Of a DNA stretch of 64,000 nucleotides, positions 38,672 through 49,125 are shown piece by piece. Source of the stretch: Parcubacteria group bacterium Gr01-1014_8. Lineage in GTDB: Bacteria > Patescibacteriota > Minisyncoccia > Phycocordibacterales > UBA2100. The first letter of the stretch is position 1, and each line of letters starts with the position of its first letter. The stretch lies in contig VMGC01000002.1 of the NCBI GenBank assembly GCA_007376385.1, forward strand, positions 64,001 to 128,000, given 5' to 3'. The position numbers and the translations under genes were made by a program. The notes beneath the pieces are model-generated. The model made no database searches, had not been told where the DNA came from, and saw only the letters and a program-made list of their open reading frames with translations.

Positions 38672-39528
38672 TAGTCTTTTGCCACAGATATCCATCGGAT
38701 TGCCGTATTTCGTCGCCAGTACGTCATTTGTCGCTTCGCGTAATGCCAGATGTCGCGTTCAAGTTCCTCTGCCATTTGTTTTTTCGTTACATCGCCTTGC
38801 AAGTACTGCGAAAGGTGACGATATTCCAGCCCTAGTTCGTGCATACGTTTCCACGATACTCCTTGTGAATGCAACCGTTTTACTTCAGTTATCATTCCTT
38901 GTTTCATTCGCGCCAGAAGTCGCTTGTGTATCTTTGCGCGGAGCACTGTGTTTCCCGGGTTAAGGCCGATCCATTCGATGTCATAGGGAAGCGGTTTTAT
39001 TCTCGCCGCTGGTACTTTTCCCAACTTTTTCGCGATCTCGATGGCACGGACGAGTCTTACCGGATTGTGCTTGTCTATCGAGAGTGCGCGCTTCGGGTCC
39101 ATAATTTTGAGCATTGCGTATAACTGTGACGCCGATTTTTTCGCTAGCTTTGAACGCAGCGCGGGGTCCGCAGGGACATTCGGGAGACTGATCCTCCCCA
39201 ACAGCGCGTCTATGTAAAAGCCTGTTCCTCCGCACACTATCGGCACCTTGCCTCGTGCCAGAATGTCATTAATGGCGTCACGACCTTTCTTTTGGAGATC
39301 GCTTGCCGTAAATACTTTTTTGGGGGAAGAGACATCAAGCAAATGATGTCGAATTCCCTTCATCTCGCGTTTTGTTATTTTGCCTGAACCGATATCGAGA
39401 CCTGTATAGACTTGCCGAGAATCTGCTGAAATTACCTCTCCATCAATTTTTCGTGCAAGTTCCACGGCAAACGCACTCTTTCCCGAAGAGGTCGGACCAA
39501 CGATGGCAAAAACCTTTGGCTGACTCAT
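38668..39528 (-). CDS. miaA: tRNA dimethylallyltransferase
   Basis: P-loop 'VGPTSSGKSAFAVELA', 'SADSRQVYTGLDIGSGK'. Start taken at MSQPKVF; the longer MGYIVPR start lies inside the IR motif. Confidence 0.85.
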   Translation of the reverse strand: MSQPKVFAIVGPTSSGKSAFAVELARKIDGEVISADSRQVYTGLDIGSGKITKREMKGIRHHLLDVSSPKKVFTASDLQKKGRDAINDILARGKVPIVCGGTGFYIDALLGRISLPNVPADPALRSKLAKKSASQLYAMLKIMDPKRALSIDKHNPVRLVRAIEIAKKLGKVPAARIKPLPYDIEWIGLNPGNTVLRAKIHKRLLARMKQGMITEVKRLHSQGVSWKRMHELGLEYRHLSQYLQGDVTKKQMAEELERDIWHYAKRQMTYWRRNTAIRWISVAKDY

Positions 39529-39541
39529 GCGAGGCACTATA

Positions 39542-39644
39542 TACCCCATGAGATAGTATCGACAATATTATTTCTGAGTCGATATATATTTTGGCCATGC
39601 TGTTATTTCGGTGGAAAGATGGAAAGTGTTTATCTCACGGGGTA
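39542..39644. repeat. Inverted-repeat pair unit U4 (TACCCCATGAGATA ... 75 bp ... TATCTCACGGGGTA), in the divergent miaA / DCC-gene intergenic region
   Basis: Left arm is 13 nt from the miaA ATG. Right arm is 10 nt from the 39655 ATG. Confidence 0.65.
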
Positions 39645-39654
39645 GACTACAGAT

Positions 39655-40035
39655 ATGGATAATAAGAAAATCGATATTTATTACGATGGTAGCTGTCCTA
39701 TGTGCACTGTCTTCGCGGATACTGTCGCGGATTCTTCAAAGGGTCAGACATTTGAGAATCAGGATGTTACAAAAGGAAAATTGCCTGACGGTGCGACATT
39801 TCAGCAAGTATGGAGGGAAATGTATGTCGTTGAAGATGGGAAGCAATATAAAGGCGCAAACGCGGTTCTTCGTGTTCTTGCGGAATATCCTCACTGGCGA
39901 TGGTTCGCGCGGTTTGGGATGCTACCCGGCATCAACAAAATAGCGCATCTGGTCTATCGCATCGTTGCAGCGAACAGACATCGCATTCCATGGCGCCGAA
40001 AGAAGGTCGAAACTAGTGCCGGAAGAGAGACTTGA
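39655..40035 (+). CDS. DCC1-like thiol-disulfide oxidoreductase family protein (DUF393)
   Basis: N-terminal 'IYYDGSCPMC'; about 126 aa. Confidence 0.55.
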   Translation: MDNKKIDIYYDGSCPMCTVFADTVADSSKGQTFENQDVTKGKLPDGATFQQVWREMYVVEDGKQYKGANAVLRVLAEYPHWRWFARFGMLPGINKIAHLVYRIVAANRHRIPWRRKKVETSAGRET

Positions 40036-40109
40036 ACTCTCAAGGGGTTGCCCCCGAACGATTTTGAGTCGTTTGCGTATACCATTTCGCCATTCCGGCA
40101 ATCTTGGCA
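40027..40109 (-). tRNA. tRNA-Leu (anticodon CAA), class II
   Basis: GCCGGAATGGCGAAATGG...actCAAaa...long variable arm...GAGTTCAAGTCTC...TCCGGCA. Confidence 0.8.
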
Positions 40110-40154
40110 AGTGTACAGTCCTTTCGGATTTAATTCAAAACCTGCGGTGATATA

Positions 40155-41153
40155 ATGCTTCTCATGGACGATTTCAAAGACAAGGCATATTTCAGCGACT
40201 CTATCTATTGGGTCGAAGTGGACCGCATAAAACCAAATCCATTCCAGCCTCGCAAAGAATTTGATGAGACGGCACTTGCGTCTCTTGCCGAATCTGTCCG
40301 TCAGTATGGCATTTTGCAGCCGCTTGTCGTAACACGAAAAGAGATCGAACGCCCCGGCGAAGGCATTTTCGTTGAATACGAGCTTATAGCTGGCGAGCGG
40401 CGACTGCGTGCGGCTAAACTTGCGGGACTCATTCAAGTGCCCGTGGTTGTAAGGCGTGCAGAAGACAGCGACAGAATGAAGCTTGAGCTCGCCATTATCG
40501 AGAATCTTCAGCGAGAAGACCTAAACGCGATAGATAGGGCAAAGGCGTTCAAACGGCTCGTAGACGAATTTGGTTTAAAGCACGGCGAGATAGGGAAGCG
40601 CGTCGGGAAAAGCCGGGAATACGTATCAAACACGCTTCGAATTCTTTCACTGCCGCAGGAGATGCAGGACGCGCTTCAGGCAGGTGAGATTACAGAGGGT
40701 CACACGAGACCTCTGTTGATGTTGATAGACAGACCAGAAGAACAGCGGACACTGTTCAAAGAAATAATCGCGCGCCGGCTGACCGTCCGCGACACGGAAC
40801 AATTAGCACGAAGAGTGGCCATAGAAAAGGTGCGGAAAACAGATCAGCTTTCGCCGGATCTCATGAACCTGGAGCGTCAGTTGACCGAACGATTGGGAAC
40901 GCGCGTACGTATCGAGAAAAAAGAACAAGGGGGAAAAGTCACGATAGATTTTTTCTCACCGGAAGACCTGGCGCATTTGTGTTTGGTCCTGGCGTCCCAA
41001 GAAAGAACGAAGGAAAAAGAAGAAAAAGAAACAGACATGCCAGAAGCGAGTGCAAAACCAGGTACACTGGCACAGACAGCTGAACCGGTCGTTACACACT
41101 CTACAGAAAGCCCGCCAGAAGATCTCTACTCAGTGAAAAACTTCACCGTTTAA
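40155..41153 (+). CDS. parB: Chromosome partitioning protein ParB/Spo0J
   Basis: ParB box 'GILQPLVVT....YELIAGERRLRAAKLAG'. No parA adjacent. Confidence 0.85.
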   Translation: MLLMDDFKDKAYFSDSIYWVEVDRIKPNPFQPRKEFDETALASLAESVRQYGILQPLVVTRKEIERPGEGIFVEYELIAGERRLRAAKLAGLIQVPVVVRRAEDSDRMKLELAIIENLQREDLNAIDRAKAFKRLVDEFGLKHGEIGKRVGKSREYVSNTLRILSLPQEMQDALQAGEITEGHTRPLLMLIDRPEEQRTLFKEIIARRLTVRDTEQLARRVAIEKVRKTDQLSPDLMNLERQLTERLGTRVRIEKKEQGGKVTIDFFSPEDLAHLCLVLASQERTKEKEEKETDMPEASAKPGTLAQTAEPVVTHSTESPPEDLYSVKNFTV

Positions 41154-41241
41154 TATTGTTTTGCGGTCTTCATAAGGAATACCATAATGGTGCCGGTCGG
41201 CACCATTATGGTACGAGTATAAAAAACGGCGTCACGATCAG

Positions 41242-42771
41242 TCAGGATTGTTTTTGTGCGGCGAGTGCCGCGCGGATCATCTTTTTTGCGAGAGTCGTTT
41301 TGGCGATATCCTGCCATTTGCGCGACGGCCTTGCAGAAGATTTCGTGATTATCTCGACCATATCGCCGTTTCGGAGAATACTGTCGAGTGATGCCATTTT
41401 TCCGTTCACCCGTGCGCCAGCCATTTTGTTTGCTATCTCGGAATGAATTGCATACGCGAAATCAATAGGTGTCGCAGCAAGAGGCAGGTCGATAACGTCT
41501 CCTTTTGGGGTGAATACGAATATACGATGGCTGAAAAAATCTGTCTTCAGATTTTCAAGATACTCGCCCGAACGGCCTTCCTGTTCATGTGCGTGCGCGA
41601 GCTCTTGCACCCAATCTGGAGCTGTGTGGCCGCTTTGTTCAGGAATTGTTTCGGGAAGTTTTTTTCTTCTGCCGGGGATGAATTGTTTTATCCACTCCAA
41701 GCTGCCGCCGCGGGAGCCCTCAACATATCCGAGCGCTTCTTTGTACGTGAGGTGGGACGCAATGCCGTATTGCGCCTCCCGATGCATGCTTTCTGTTCGT
41801 ATCTGTATCTCGAGCGCTCCGCCATCTCCCGTATAGACAGTCGTGTGAATACTCTGGTATCCGTTTGGTTTTGGGAACGCAATATAATCCTTTATTTTTC
41901 CCGGTACCGGTCGCCACTGCTTGTGGACAACACCGAGGACTGAATAGCAATCCGCAACAGTCGGAACGATGATGCGCAGAGCCAAAATATCGAATATCTT
42001 TCCCATTTCCCAATCTTTGCGGTCAAGTTTGCGAAATAGGCTGTACATGCCTTTCATTCGCGACTCGGTGCGGAATTCGCGAATGCCTGATTCAGCAAGT
42101 GCCCGCTTGAGGTCTTTTTCTGCTTTTTCAAGACGTTTCTCGGTCTCTTTCGTGCGTTCCTTCAAAAGTTCCCTAGTTTTCTCGTAATCTTCTGGATAGG
42201 CATAGGGAAATGCGGCATCTTCGAGGGCTGTTTTTGCGACGCTCATGCCGAATCGATCAGCAATAGGAGCGTATATTTCCAATGTCTCAAGGGCGATACG
42301 TTTTCTCTTGTGTTCTGGCACGTGTTCAAGTGTCGTCACATTGTGCAGCCTATCCATCAATTTAATGATGAGTACGCGAATGTCCTCGGCGGTTGCCGCA
42401 AAAAGCCTTCGAAGCGATTCAGTGTGACGCTCAAGTCCTCGATAGCGCAGCGCGCCAAGTTTCGTTACGCCGCGCACCAAAAACAATACCTCTTGGCCGA
42501 ATTCTTTTTCTATCGTTGCTGCAGAGACGCCAGCATCTTCCATCGAATCATGAAGAAGCCCGGCAGCTATCGTTTCCGCATCCATTCCAATTTCTGCTAG
42601 CGTGAAGCCGACTTCAGCAGGATGCAGAAAATATGGCTCGCCGGAATAACGCGTTTGGTCTTTGTGAGCATCTCTTGAGAATTCATACGCTTTGGAGATC
42701 ATGGAAACGTCCGCCGCTTCCTTCGACGTCATCGCAGACAATATCTCAGAGAGTGGGCGTATGTCGGCCAT
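41242..42771 (-). CDS. rel: (p)ppGpp synthetase/hydrolase Rel/SpoT family (HD + synthetase + TGS), 509 aa
   Basis: HD motif 'LHDSMED' and synthetase core 'YQSIHTTV'. Confidence 0.8.
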   Translation of the reverse strand: MADIRPLSEILSAMTSKEAADVSMISKAYEFSRDAHKDQTRYSGEPYFLHPAEVGFTLAEIGMDAETIAAGLLHDSMEDAGVSAATIEKEFGQEVLFLVRGVTKLGALRYRGLERHTESLRRLFAATAEDIRVLIIKLMDRLHNVTTLEHVPEHKRKRIALETLEIYAPIADRFGMSVAKTALEDAAFPYAYPEDYEKTRELLKERTKETEKRLEKAEKDLKRALAESGIREFRTESRMKGMYSLFRKLDRKDWEMGKIFDILALRIIVPTVADCYSVLGVVHKQWRPVPGKIKDYIAFPKPNGYQSIHTTVYTGDGGALEIQIRTESMHREAQYGIASHLTYKEALGYVEGSRGGSLEWIKQFIPGRRKKLPETIPEQSGHTAPDWVQELAHAHEQEGRSGEYLENLKTDFFSHRIFVFTPKGDVIDLPLAATPIDFAYAIHSEIANKMAGARVNGKMASLDSILRNGDMVEIITKSSARPSRKWQDIAKTTLAKKMIRAALAAQKQS

Positions 42772-42836
42772 ACGCTCTAAATAGTACGCTTGTCGCTTGT
42801 GTTTGAAAAGCTCTCCATTTGCAACGCAGAGTGAAT

Positions 42837-45002
42837 TTACTTCGCGAGTTTGTGCGGGTTATGCATTAGACATGATTTGTTACTGCAGCGTTCTGGGATA
42901 GTCTTAGTTCCTTGCATCATCAGTGATCCGCACTCGGGGCAAAGTTTTCCTGTCGGCCTGGCTTTAATCGCGTTTTTGCAATCAGGATAATTCGAGCATG
43001 AAAAGAAAGGCCCGAATTTTCCGCGGCGCTCCACCATTTCTCCTTTTTTGCACACAGGACACGCCACGCCCGTCTTACTCTTTGCCTCTTCGATCGGATC
43101 TTTTCTCACGAATTTGCATTTCGGATAATTACTGCATGCGATGAATCGTCCGAAGCGGCCTTCACGCTCCATCAGTTTTCCGTCTTTACATTCAGGGCAA
43201 GTTTCGCCGATATCTTTTGGCGGCGCAATTTCGCCTCCATCTTCTTTGCGCGCTCCCAGGCATTTGGGGAATTTCGCGCAACTCATAAAGCGCCCAGTGC
43301 GAGACAGTTTGTATACCATTAAGCCGCCGCATATCGGGCAGGGGAATTCAGCAGGTGCGGGACCCATATTTGTTAATTTCTCAATTTTGTCTTTTGCTTT
43401 TACTGCTTTTTTGAACGGAGAGTAGAAATCTTTTAGTGTTTTTTCATACTCTCGCTTTCCATCTGCGATCTCGTCGAGTTCATTTTCCATTTCGGCGGTA
43501 AATGTATCGCTGATGTATTCGGTAAAGTGCTCTTCAATGAACGAGCTTACCACGTCGCCGGTATGGGTTGGAACAAGTGTGCGGCCTTGTTTCTCGACGT
43601 ATCCGCGATTCTCCAGCGTCGAGATAATTGACGCATAGGTCGAAGGCCGTCCGATACCACGTTTTTCCAGTTCTTTCACCAATCCGGCTTCGCTATATCT
43701 CGGAGGTGGTTGTGTTTCTTTTTCCTCTGTGTTTGCTTTTACGAGCTTCAATGCATCGCTTTTTGCTACCTTTGGAAGTTGTACCTCTTCTCCGCGTGCC
43801 TCGGGGTCAGCCTTGAGCCATCCTTCAAAGAGTACGCGCGAACCGTTTGCAGCAAAATGCGGGACGGTGTCGCCTTCAACATTTGCAGTTATTTTTGTGC
43901 GAAGGACTTTTGCGTCTGTCATCTGGCTCGCCAAGGTGCGTGCGCGGATGAGCTGGTACAGCTTTTTTTGGTCGTCGGTCGTTCCAGCGGACGCCTTGTG
44001 CATATTCGTCGGCCGAACTGCTTCGTGGGCCTCTTGAGCAGATTTGCTTTTTGACTTGTATGCCCGCACTTCTACGTACTCTTTGCCAAAATCGCTTTCA
44101 ACAACATGTGCGATCTGCTCCACCGCCTCCTTTGCAAGACTCGGAGAATCCGTACGCATGTAGGTGATGTGTCCGACTTCATACAGTTTCTGTGCTGTTC
44201 GCATCGTTCGAGATGGCGAGAAGCCAAGCCGCGTCGAAGCGACCTGCTGCAGGGTTGATGTCGTGAACGGCGCGCGCGGAACTCTTTTTTGTTCCGATTC
44301 TTCGATGTCCACGACATGCCACGCCTTTGTGTGCGCCTCATCAAAAATTCGTTTCGCCTCCTTCTCGTCGCGCGGTTCTTCGCTGCAAATAACGGTAAAC
44401 GGTTCATCCTTCATTGTTTTGACCTCTGCGCTAAGCACCCAGAATTTTTCCGGAATAAATGCGCGTACTTCGCGCTCCCGCTCCATGAGTATGCGCAGCG
44501 CAGGGGATTGGACGCGACCAGCTGAGAGGCCGTAACGCACTTTTTTCCACACTAATCCCGAGAGGTCGTATCCAAACAATCTGTCGAGTACGCGTCTTGC
44601 TTCTTGCGCTTTGCGCAGGTTCTGGTCGATGAGTCGCGGATGAGCGAGTGCTTCTTGAACAGCATGTTCGGTTATCTCGTTGAATACGATGCGTTTTGGT
44701 TTTTTGAGTCCGATGGTCTCTGCCAAGTGCCATGCGATGGCCTCTCCTTCTCGGTCGGGGTCGGTCGCAAGGATGACCTCATCGGCACGGCCTGCGATCT
44801 CGTGCAAACCGTCAATCACGTGCTGCTTCTCTTTTACTATCTGGTAGCGCGGAATAAAACCGCCCTCGATATCAACGGCGTCCTTGTTGCTTTTCGGCAG
44901 ATCGCGGATATGCCCGACCGACGCGCGGACGGTGAATCCTTTTCCCAGATATTTTTCAATTGTCTTGGCTTTCGCCGGAGACTCAACAATTACCAATTTC
45001 AT
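42837..45002 (-). CDS. topA: DNA topoisomerase I
   Basis: TOPRIM 'LVIVESPAKAKTI', Tyr region 'HITYMRTDS', C-terminal Cys4 zinc ribbons. Confidence 0.9.
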   Translation of the reverse strand: MKLVIVESPAKAKTIEKYLGKGFTVRASVGHIRDLPKSNKDAVDIEGGFIPRYQIVKEKQHVIDGLHEIAGRADEVILATDPDREGEAIAWHLAETIGLKKPKRIVFNEITEHAVQEALAHPRLIDQNLRKAQEARRVLDRLFGYDLSGLVWKKVRYGLSAGRVQSPALRILMEREREVRAFIPEKFWVLSAEVKTMKDEPFTVICSEEPRDEKEAKRIFDEAHTKAWHVVDIEESEQKRVPRAPFTTSTLQQVASTRLGFSPSRTMRTAQKLYEVGHITYMRTDSPSLAKEAVEQIAHVVESDFGKEYVEVRAYKSKSKSAQEAHEAVRPTNMHKASAGTTDDQKKLYQLIRARTLASQMTDAKVLRTKITANVEGDTVPHFAANGSRVLFEGWLKADPEARGEEVQLPKVAKSDALKLVKANTEEKETQPPPRYSEAGLVKELEKRGIGRPSTYASIISTLENRGYVEKQGRTLVPTHTGDVVSSFIEEHFTEYISDTFTAEMENELDEIADGKREYEKTLKDFYSPFKKAVKAKDKIEKLTNMGPAPAEFPCPICGGLMVYKLSRTGRFMSCAKFPKCLGARKEDGGEIAPPKDIGETCPECKDGKLMEREGRFGRFIACSNYPKCKFVRKDPIEEAKSKTGVACPVCKKGEMVERRGKFGPFFSCSNYPDCKNAIKARPTGKLCPECGSLMMQGTKTIPERCSNKSCLMHNPHKLAK

Positions 45003-45333
45003 ATCAATTTATTTTCTGAAGCGCCTTTGCCGGCCTGTCCCGTTAGACACGAAGCTGTCTAACCGAGACGATCCTACTATTACAAGCTTCATACGAGCAC
45101 GATTGATATCCTAGAAGCCTAACACGTGTCAAGCGGATGTAATAAAAATGTTATTGACTCTCAGTGATATTTATATGAGTCTGGACGCAAGCAAGGGGAA
45201 GGAGGTGCGCAGTGTACAGGATCTTCTTGCTGGTTCGGTTGCTCTCCTTTTCGGGGGAAGTTACTTCAACGTGGGAGATCGATCTTCCGCCGAACGCTGA
45301 GTTTCCGCTCTGCATGCCTCCATGCAGCGCGTC

Positions 45334-46194
45334 CTAAATCGCACGAACCAATCCAAGCGTTTCCTGAATTAACCCTTTTATCTCCATCGTTGAAAGCAGA
45401 ATATTTGCTTCAGAAATAGACATTTCTAACTGAGATAGTAGTTCGTCGCGTGAGCAGGGCGAGGATAGTATTTCCAGCACTTTGCGCTCATCTGAAGACA
45501 AATCTTCTCGCAATGACGGACTTACGATGTCGGTCATTTCGATGCCGAGCGCTTTCAAGATGTCCTCGGGTTCCGTTACTGGCGTTGCGCCGAGTTTTAA
45601 AAATTGATGCGTTCCGCGGCTTTCGGCGCTGAAGATAGAGCCCGGAACGACTAACAACTCCCGATTATATTCGGTCGTAAGCCGCGCGGTGATAAGGGAG
45701 CCAGAACGCTCTTTTGCCTCGATGACCAGAGTCGCCAGGCATAATCCGGCCATGATGCGATTCCGCTGTGGAAATGTGTGATCGGCGGCTTTTTGCTTCG
45801 GCTCAAATTCTGACAACAAAGCTCCGCCCGCTTTTAAGATTTCTCGAGCCAGCCCAACATGCGCTCTAGGATAGATGACGTCCCAATCGAGACCAGACCC
45901 AGGGACTGCAACAGTGGGGAGTCCGGCGGAAAGGGCCGCTTTGTGAGCACATGCGTCTATGCCATAGGCGAGCCCCGACACGATGACGATCGGGTAGCCG
46001 CGGAGACCCCCTATTAGATGTTCGCACGCCTGTCGTCCGTAGGAACTTGCGGCGCGAGAGCCGACCACTGCGAGCCATACGTCGTCGTAACGGGGAAGCT
46101 CTCCCCGGACATACAATTGTTTCGGCGGGTCCGATATTTCGGCTAATAGAGGGTGGAAATGAGCTGCTTTGAGTTGGCGTAACGTGTCACTCAT
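45334..46194 (-). CDS. dprA: DNA processing protein DprA (Smf)
   Basis: 'VVGSRAASSYG', 'IVSGLAYGIDACAHKAAL', 'ERSGSLITA'. Start taken at MSDTLRQ. Confidence 0.8.
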   Translation of the reverse strand: MSDTLRQLKAAHFHPLLAEISDPPKQLYVRGELPRYDDVWLAVVGSRAASSYGRQACEHLIGGLRGYPIVIVSGLAYGIDACAHKAALSAGLPTVAVPGSGLDWDVIYPRAHVGLAREILKAGGALLSEFEPKQKAADHTFPQRNRIMAGLCLATLVIEAKERSGSLITARLTTEYNRELLVVPGSIFSAESRGTHQFLKLGATPVTEPEDILKALGIEMTDIVSPSLREDLSSDERKVLEILSSPCSRDELLSQLEMSISEANILLSTMEIKGLIQETLGLVRAI

Positions 46195-46210
46195 TGTACT
46201 ATCTATTGTA

Positions 46211-46274
46211 TACCCCGTGAGATAAACAGGTCTGACCTTCAACAGGAAAGCGGATGTGCATATCTCATGGGGTA
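46211..46274. repeat. Inverted-repeat pair unit U5 (TACCCCGTGAGATA ... 36 bp ... TATCTCATGGGGTA), half-length spacer, in the divergent dprA / serS intergenic region
   Basis: Seen directly. 16 nt from the dprA ATG and 32 nt from the serS ATG. Confidence 0.65.
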
Positions 46275-46306
46275 TGCCGTTATTTCCGGCGCTTCCCTTT
46301 AGACCT

Positions 46307-47578
46307 ATGCTTGACATCAAATTCATCCGAGAAAACAAAGATATTGTTGCGGCAGGCGCGCGGAAGAAGCATATAGATGTCGATATAGACAGACTTCTTC
46401 AGCTTGACGATAAACGCAGAGAGCTTCAACAGGCGCTGGAAGCTAAGAGGGCCGAGCAGAACAATGCATCAAATGCGATAGCAGGCGCAAAAAATGATAG
46501 AGAGCGGCAGGAGCTTATTGCTCGAATGCAGCAAGTCAAAGAGACGATGAAAATGGAAGAAACATCACTTGAGGAAATATTAAAAGAATGGCGAGCCTTG
46601 ATGGTGCGGGTTCCGAACGTTCCGGATATCTCAGTCCCTGATGGTGACAGCGATGCGGATAATAAGGAAGTAAAGAAGTGGGGAGAGGCAGCTGAATTTG
46701 AGTTTGAGCTGAAAAATCATTCCGAATTGATGTTGATGCATGACATGGCCGATCTTGAGCGAGGCGCAAAAGTTGCAGGCTTCAGGGGATATTTCTTGAA
46801 AAACGATGGGGCACGATTGGTGTGGGCCTTAGAAAGATTCGTACAAGATAGATTCATGAACCGCGAGGGGTTTGTTCCTGTCGTTGTTCCTTCCATGGTT
46901 CGTCGAGAGCCTTTTATCGGCACCGGATATTTGCCCCAGAGCGAAGAGGATCTGTATAAAACGCAAGATGGTGACTATCTTGCGGGTACCGCGGAAGTTG
47001 CCGCTATGGGATATTACATGGACGAAATAGTTGATAAAAGATTGCTGCCGATAAAATTCTTTGCATTCTCTCCGTGTTTTCGCCGTGAAGCGGGGAGTCA
47101 CGGCAAAGACACGAAAGGACTCTTTCGGATCCATGAGTTCGTGAAATACGAGCAGGTAGTCTTATGCGAGGCGAATCATGAAGAATCCGTGCGTCACCAC
47201 GAGGAGTTAACGGCGAATTCGGAAGCTCTCCTGCAGGAATTGAAATTGCCGTATCGCGTTGTGCTGAACTGCGGGGGGGACATAGGTCTCGGGCAAGTAA
47301 AAAAGTACGACATCGAAGCATGGATGCCGTCGGAGAAAAAATATCGCGAGACGCATTCATCATCGTATTTTCATGATTTCCAATCTCGGCGATTGAATAT
47401 TCGTTATCGAGATGATGACGGGACGCTTAAATTCGTCCATTCTTTGAATAACACAGCGCTCGCGATGCCGCGCATCCTCTGCCAAATAGTCGAGAACAAC
47501 CAACACTCTGACGGTTCAATATCAATTCCGGAGGTGCTCCGGGGCTACGTGGGAAAAGATGTGATATCCAAGCACTAA
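46307..47578 (+). CDS. serS: Seryl-tRNA synthetase
   Basis: N-terminal coiled-coil 'MLDIKFIRENKD', class II motifs ('FRREAGS', 'GTGYLP'). Confidence 0.9.
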   Translation: MLDIKFIRENKDIVAAGARKKHIDVDIDRLLQLDDKRRELQQALEAKRAEQNNASNAIAGAKNDRERQELIARMQQVKETMKMEETSLEEILKEWRALMVRVPNVPDISVPDGDSDADNKEVKKWGEAAEFEFELKNHSELMLMHDMADLERGAKVAGFRGYFLKNDGARLVWALERFVQDRFMNREGFVPVVVPSMVRREPFIGTGYLPQSEEDLYKTQDGDYLAGTAEVAAMGYYMDEIVDKRLLPIKFFAFSPCFRREAGSHGKDTKGLFRIHEFVKYEQVVLCEANHEESVRHHEELTANSEALLQELKLPYRVVLNCGGDIGLGQVKKYDIEAWMPSEKKYRETHSSSYFHDFQSRRLNIRYRDDDGTLKFVHSLNNTALAMPRILCQIVENNQHSDGSISIPEVLRGYVGKDVISKH

Positions 47579-47676
47579 TTTTGCCATTTTATTCGCTGAA
47601 CGATCCGGTTGCGAATGTGGCGGGTTTATAAAGGGAGACGTTATATAGAGAAAATAACCGGACACATATAGAAGCC

Positions 47677-48564
47677 ATGGCAAAATTTAGTGGGGGACCA
47701 TTACGTCGACTAAGCGTTCGTAGAAATTTGCCAACAGCAATACGCAGACGGCCTGTCTCCGGTCAGCTTGCGCTGGCGTTCCGGCCAAGGGAGAGGCTCG
47801 CCAGGCGCAGGCGCCGTGCGCGACTGCGCCTGGCGTTCATAGTGTTCTTATCGATCGCAGGTCTTGGGTGGGGAGCAGGGTTCCTTTCTTATAACGATAG
47901 ATTGACAATTCAAGACATACAGATATCTGGTACATCGGCACTATCGACGCGAGTGGTACAAGCCGCTTTCGAAGCGAATTTATACGATGGAGCGTACCAT
48001 TTTCTCTCTCGTGAAAATATTTTTCTGTACCCAAAGGGAACGTTAGCCGCAGAACTGAAAGAAGAGTTGCCACGCCTTAAAAGTGTTTCAATATCACGCG
48101 AGTCACTTCTTGCGCAGGCGGTTAAAGTGACCGTCGAAGAAAGGGGTGCGCAGTATGTGTGGTGCAATAGTGAGAGCTGTTACGTGATGGATTCTGACGG
48201 GTTTATCTTTGCTCCAGTCGATAATGCCACCACCGAATATACGTTTAGAGGCGGTTTGGCGGGAAATTCCTCGCCAGTCGGGCAGACATTTCTCCGCGGG
48301 AGGTTAAATAACATTGTGGAACTCTTTAAACGTCTCGATGAAGCAGGTTACAAAGCGACCGGAGCAACCGTGGAGAACGAGAAGGATTACCGCGTTCTGC
48401 TCGGAAAGGGATTTTCATTGAAAGTGACCTTTGATTCCGAACCGCACGAGGTAGTCCGAAATTTAGAGTTGATTCTTGATTCCGATGCGATTAAGGATGA
48501 CCTTGAAAAACTCGACTATGTGGATTTACGGTTCGGCAATCGCGTATACTACCAGCTACGATAG
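47677..48564 (+). CDS. FtsQ/DivIB-like cell division protein (TM anchor + POTRA)
   Basis: Arg-rich N-terminus, one TM segment, then 'IQDIQISGTSALSTRVVQAAF' POTRA-like start. No ftsA/ftsZ adjacent. Confidence 0.45.
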   Translation: MAKFSGGPLRRLSVRRNLPTAIRRRPVSGQLALAFRPRERLARRRRRARLRLAFIVFLSIAGLGWGAGFLSYNDRLTIQDIQISGTSALSTRVVQAAFEANLYDGAYHFLSRENIFLYPKGTLAAELKEELPRLKSVSISRESLLAQAVKVTVEERGAQYVWCNSESCYVMDSDGFIFAPVDNATTEYTFRGGLAGNSSPVGQTFLRGRLNNIVELFKRLDEAGYKATGATVENEKDYRVLLGKGFSLKVTFDSEPHEVVRNLELILDSDAIKDDLEKLDYVDLRFGNRVYYQLR

Positions 48565-48567
48565 CGT

Positions 48568-49122
48568 ATGACAGATCATCAAGGCGGGCGCGGAAACGGA
48601 AATGGCGAGAAAAAGGGGGAACTCACATCGAGCGATGTGTTTGCGGCTCGGCGCGAACTTCAGGAAAAGCAGCGGAAAATAGCATCACAGCAAAGGGATG
48701 AAAAAGCAGCAAGAGAAAAGCACGACAAACTTCAAGGAGAAAAAGTCAGTATCGGATTGGATAATTCTGCACTTGTGTGGCGGGTGAAGGATGAAACTGA
48801 AAAGTTTCTCAAAGAAAACGAATGGAAAATTATTCCTGAAATTGACGCTGCGCGGGATCGATTTGATAAGCAACTCGTTATCAGACAGTTCGGCGGCCCG
48901 GCCGTATCGGCCAGATCTGGACGATTTGCCCCGGTACTTGTGACTTTCTTTGGCGATGCGGATGATTCTCCAGCTGGGGTTGAAAAAAGGCGTGTTCTCA
49001 AGAATTGGATAGGGAATAAGTACGCGGGCATAGAAGGTAATGAGTGGCCAATTGTTGTCGATACGAGAGCAGATTACGAAGTGTACATAGAGTGGCAGCC
49101 GAAAGAGAGGCCCGCAGGCTAA
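48568..49122 (+). CDS. Hypothetical protein
   Basis: ORF only. Confidence 0.3.
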   Translation: MTDHQGGRGNGNGEKKGELTSSDVFAARRELQEKQRKIASQQRDEKAAREKHDKLQGEKVSIGLDNSALVWRVKDETEKFLKENEWKIIPEIDAARDRFDKQLVIRQFGGPAVSARSGRFAPVLVTFFGDADDSPAGVEKRRVLKNWIGNKYAGIEGNEWPIVVDTRADYEVYIEWQPKERPAG

Positions 49123-49125
49123 ACG

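Noticed and set aside
39954-40436. 160-aa minus-strand ORF
   Set aside because: It overlaps tRNA-Leu(CAA) and the 5' end of parB on the opposite strand. No motif; a typical antisense ORF.
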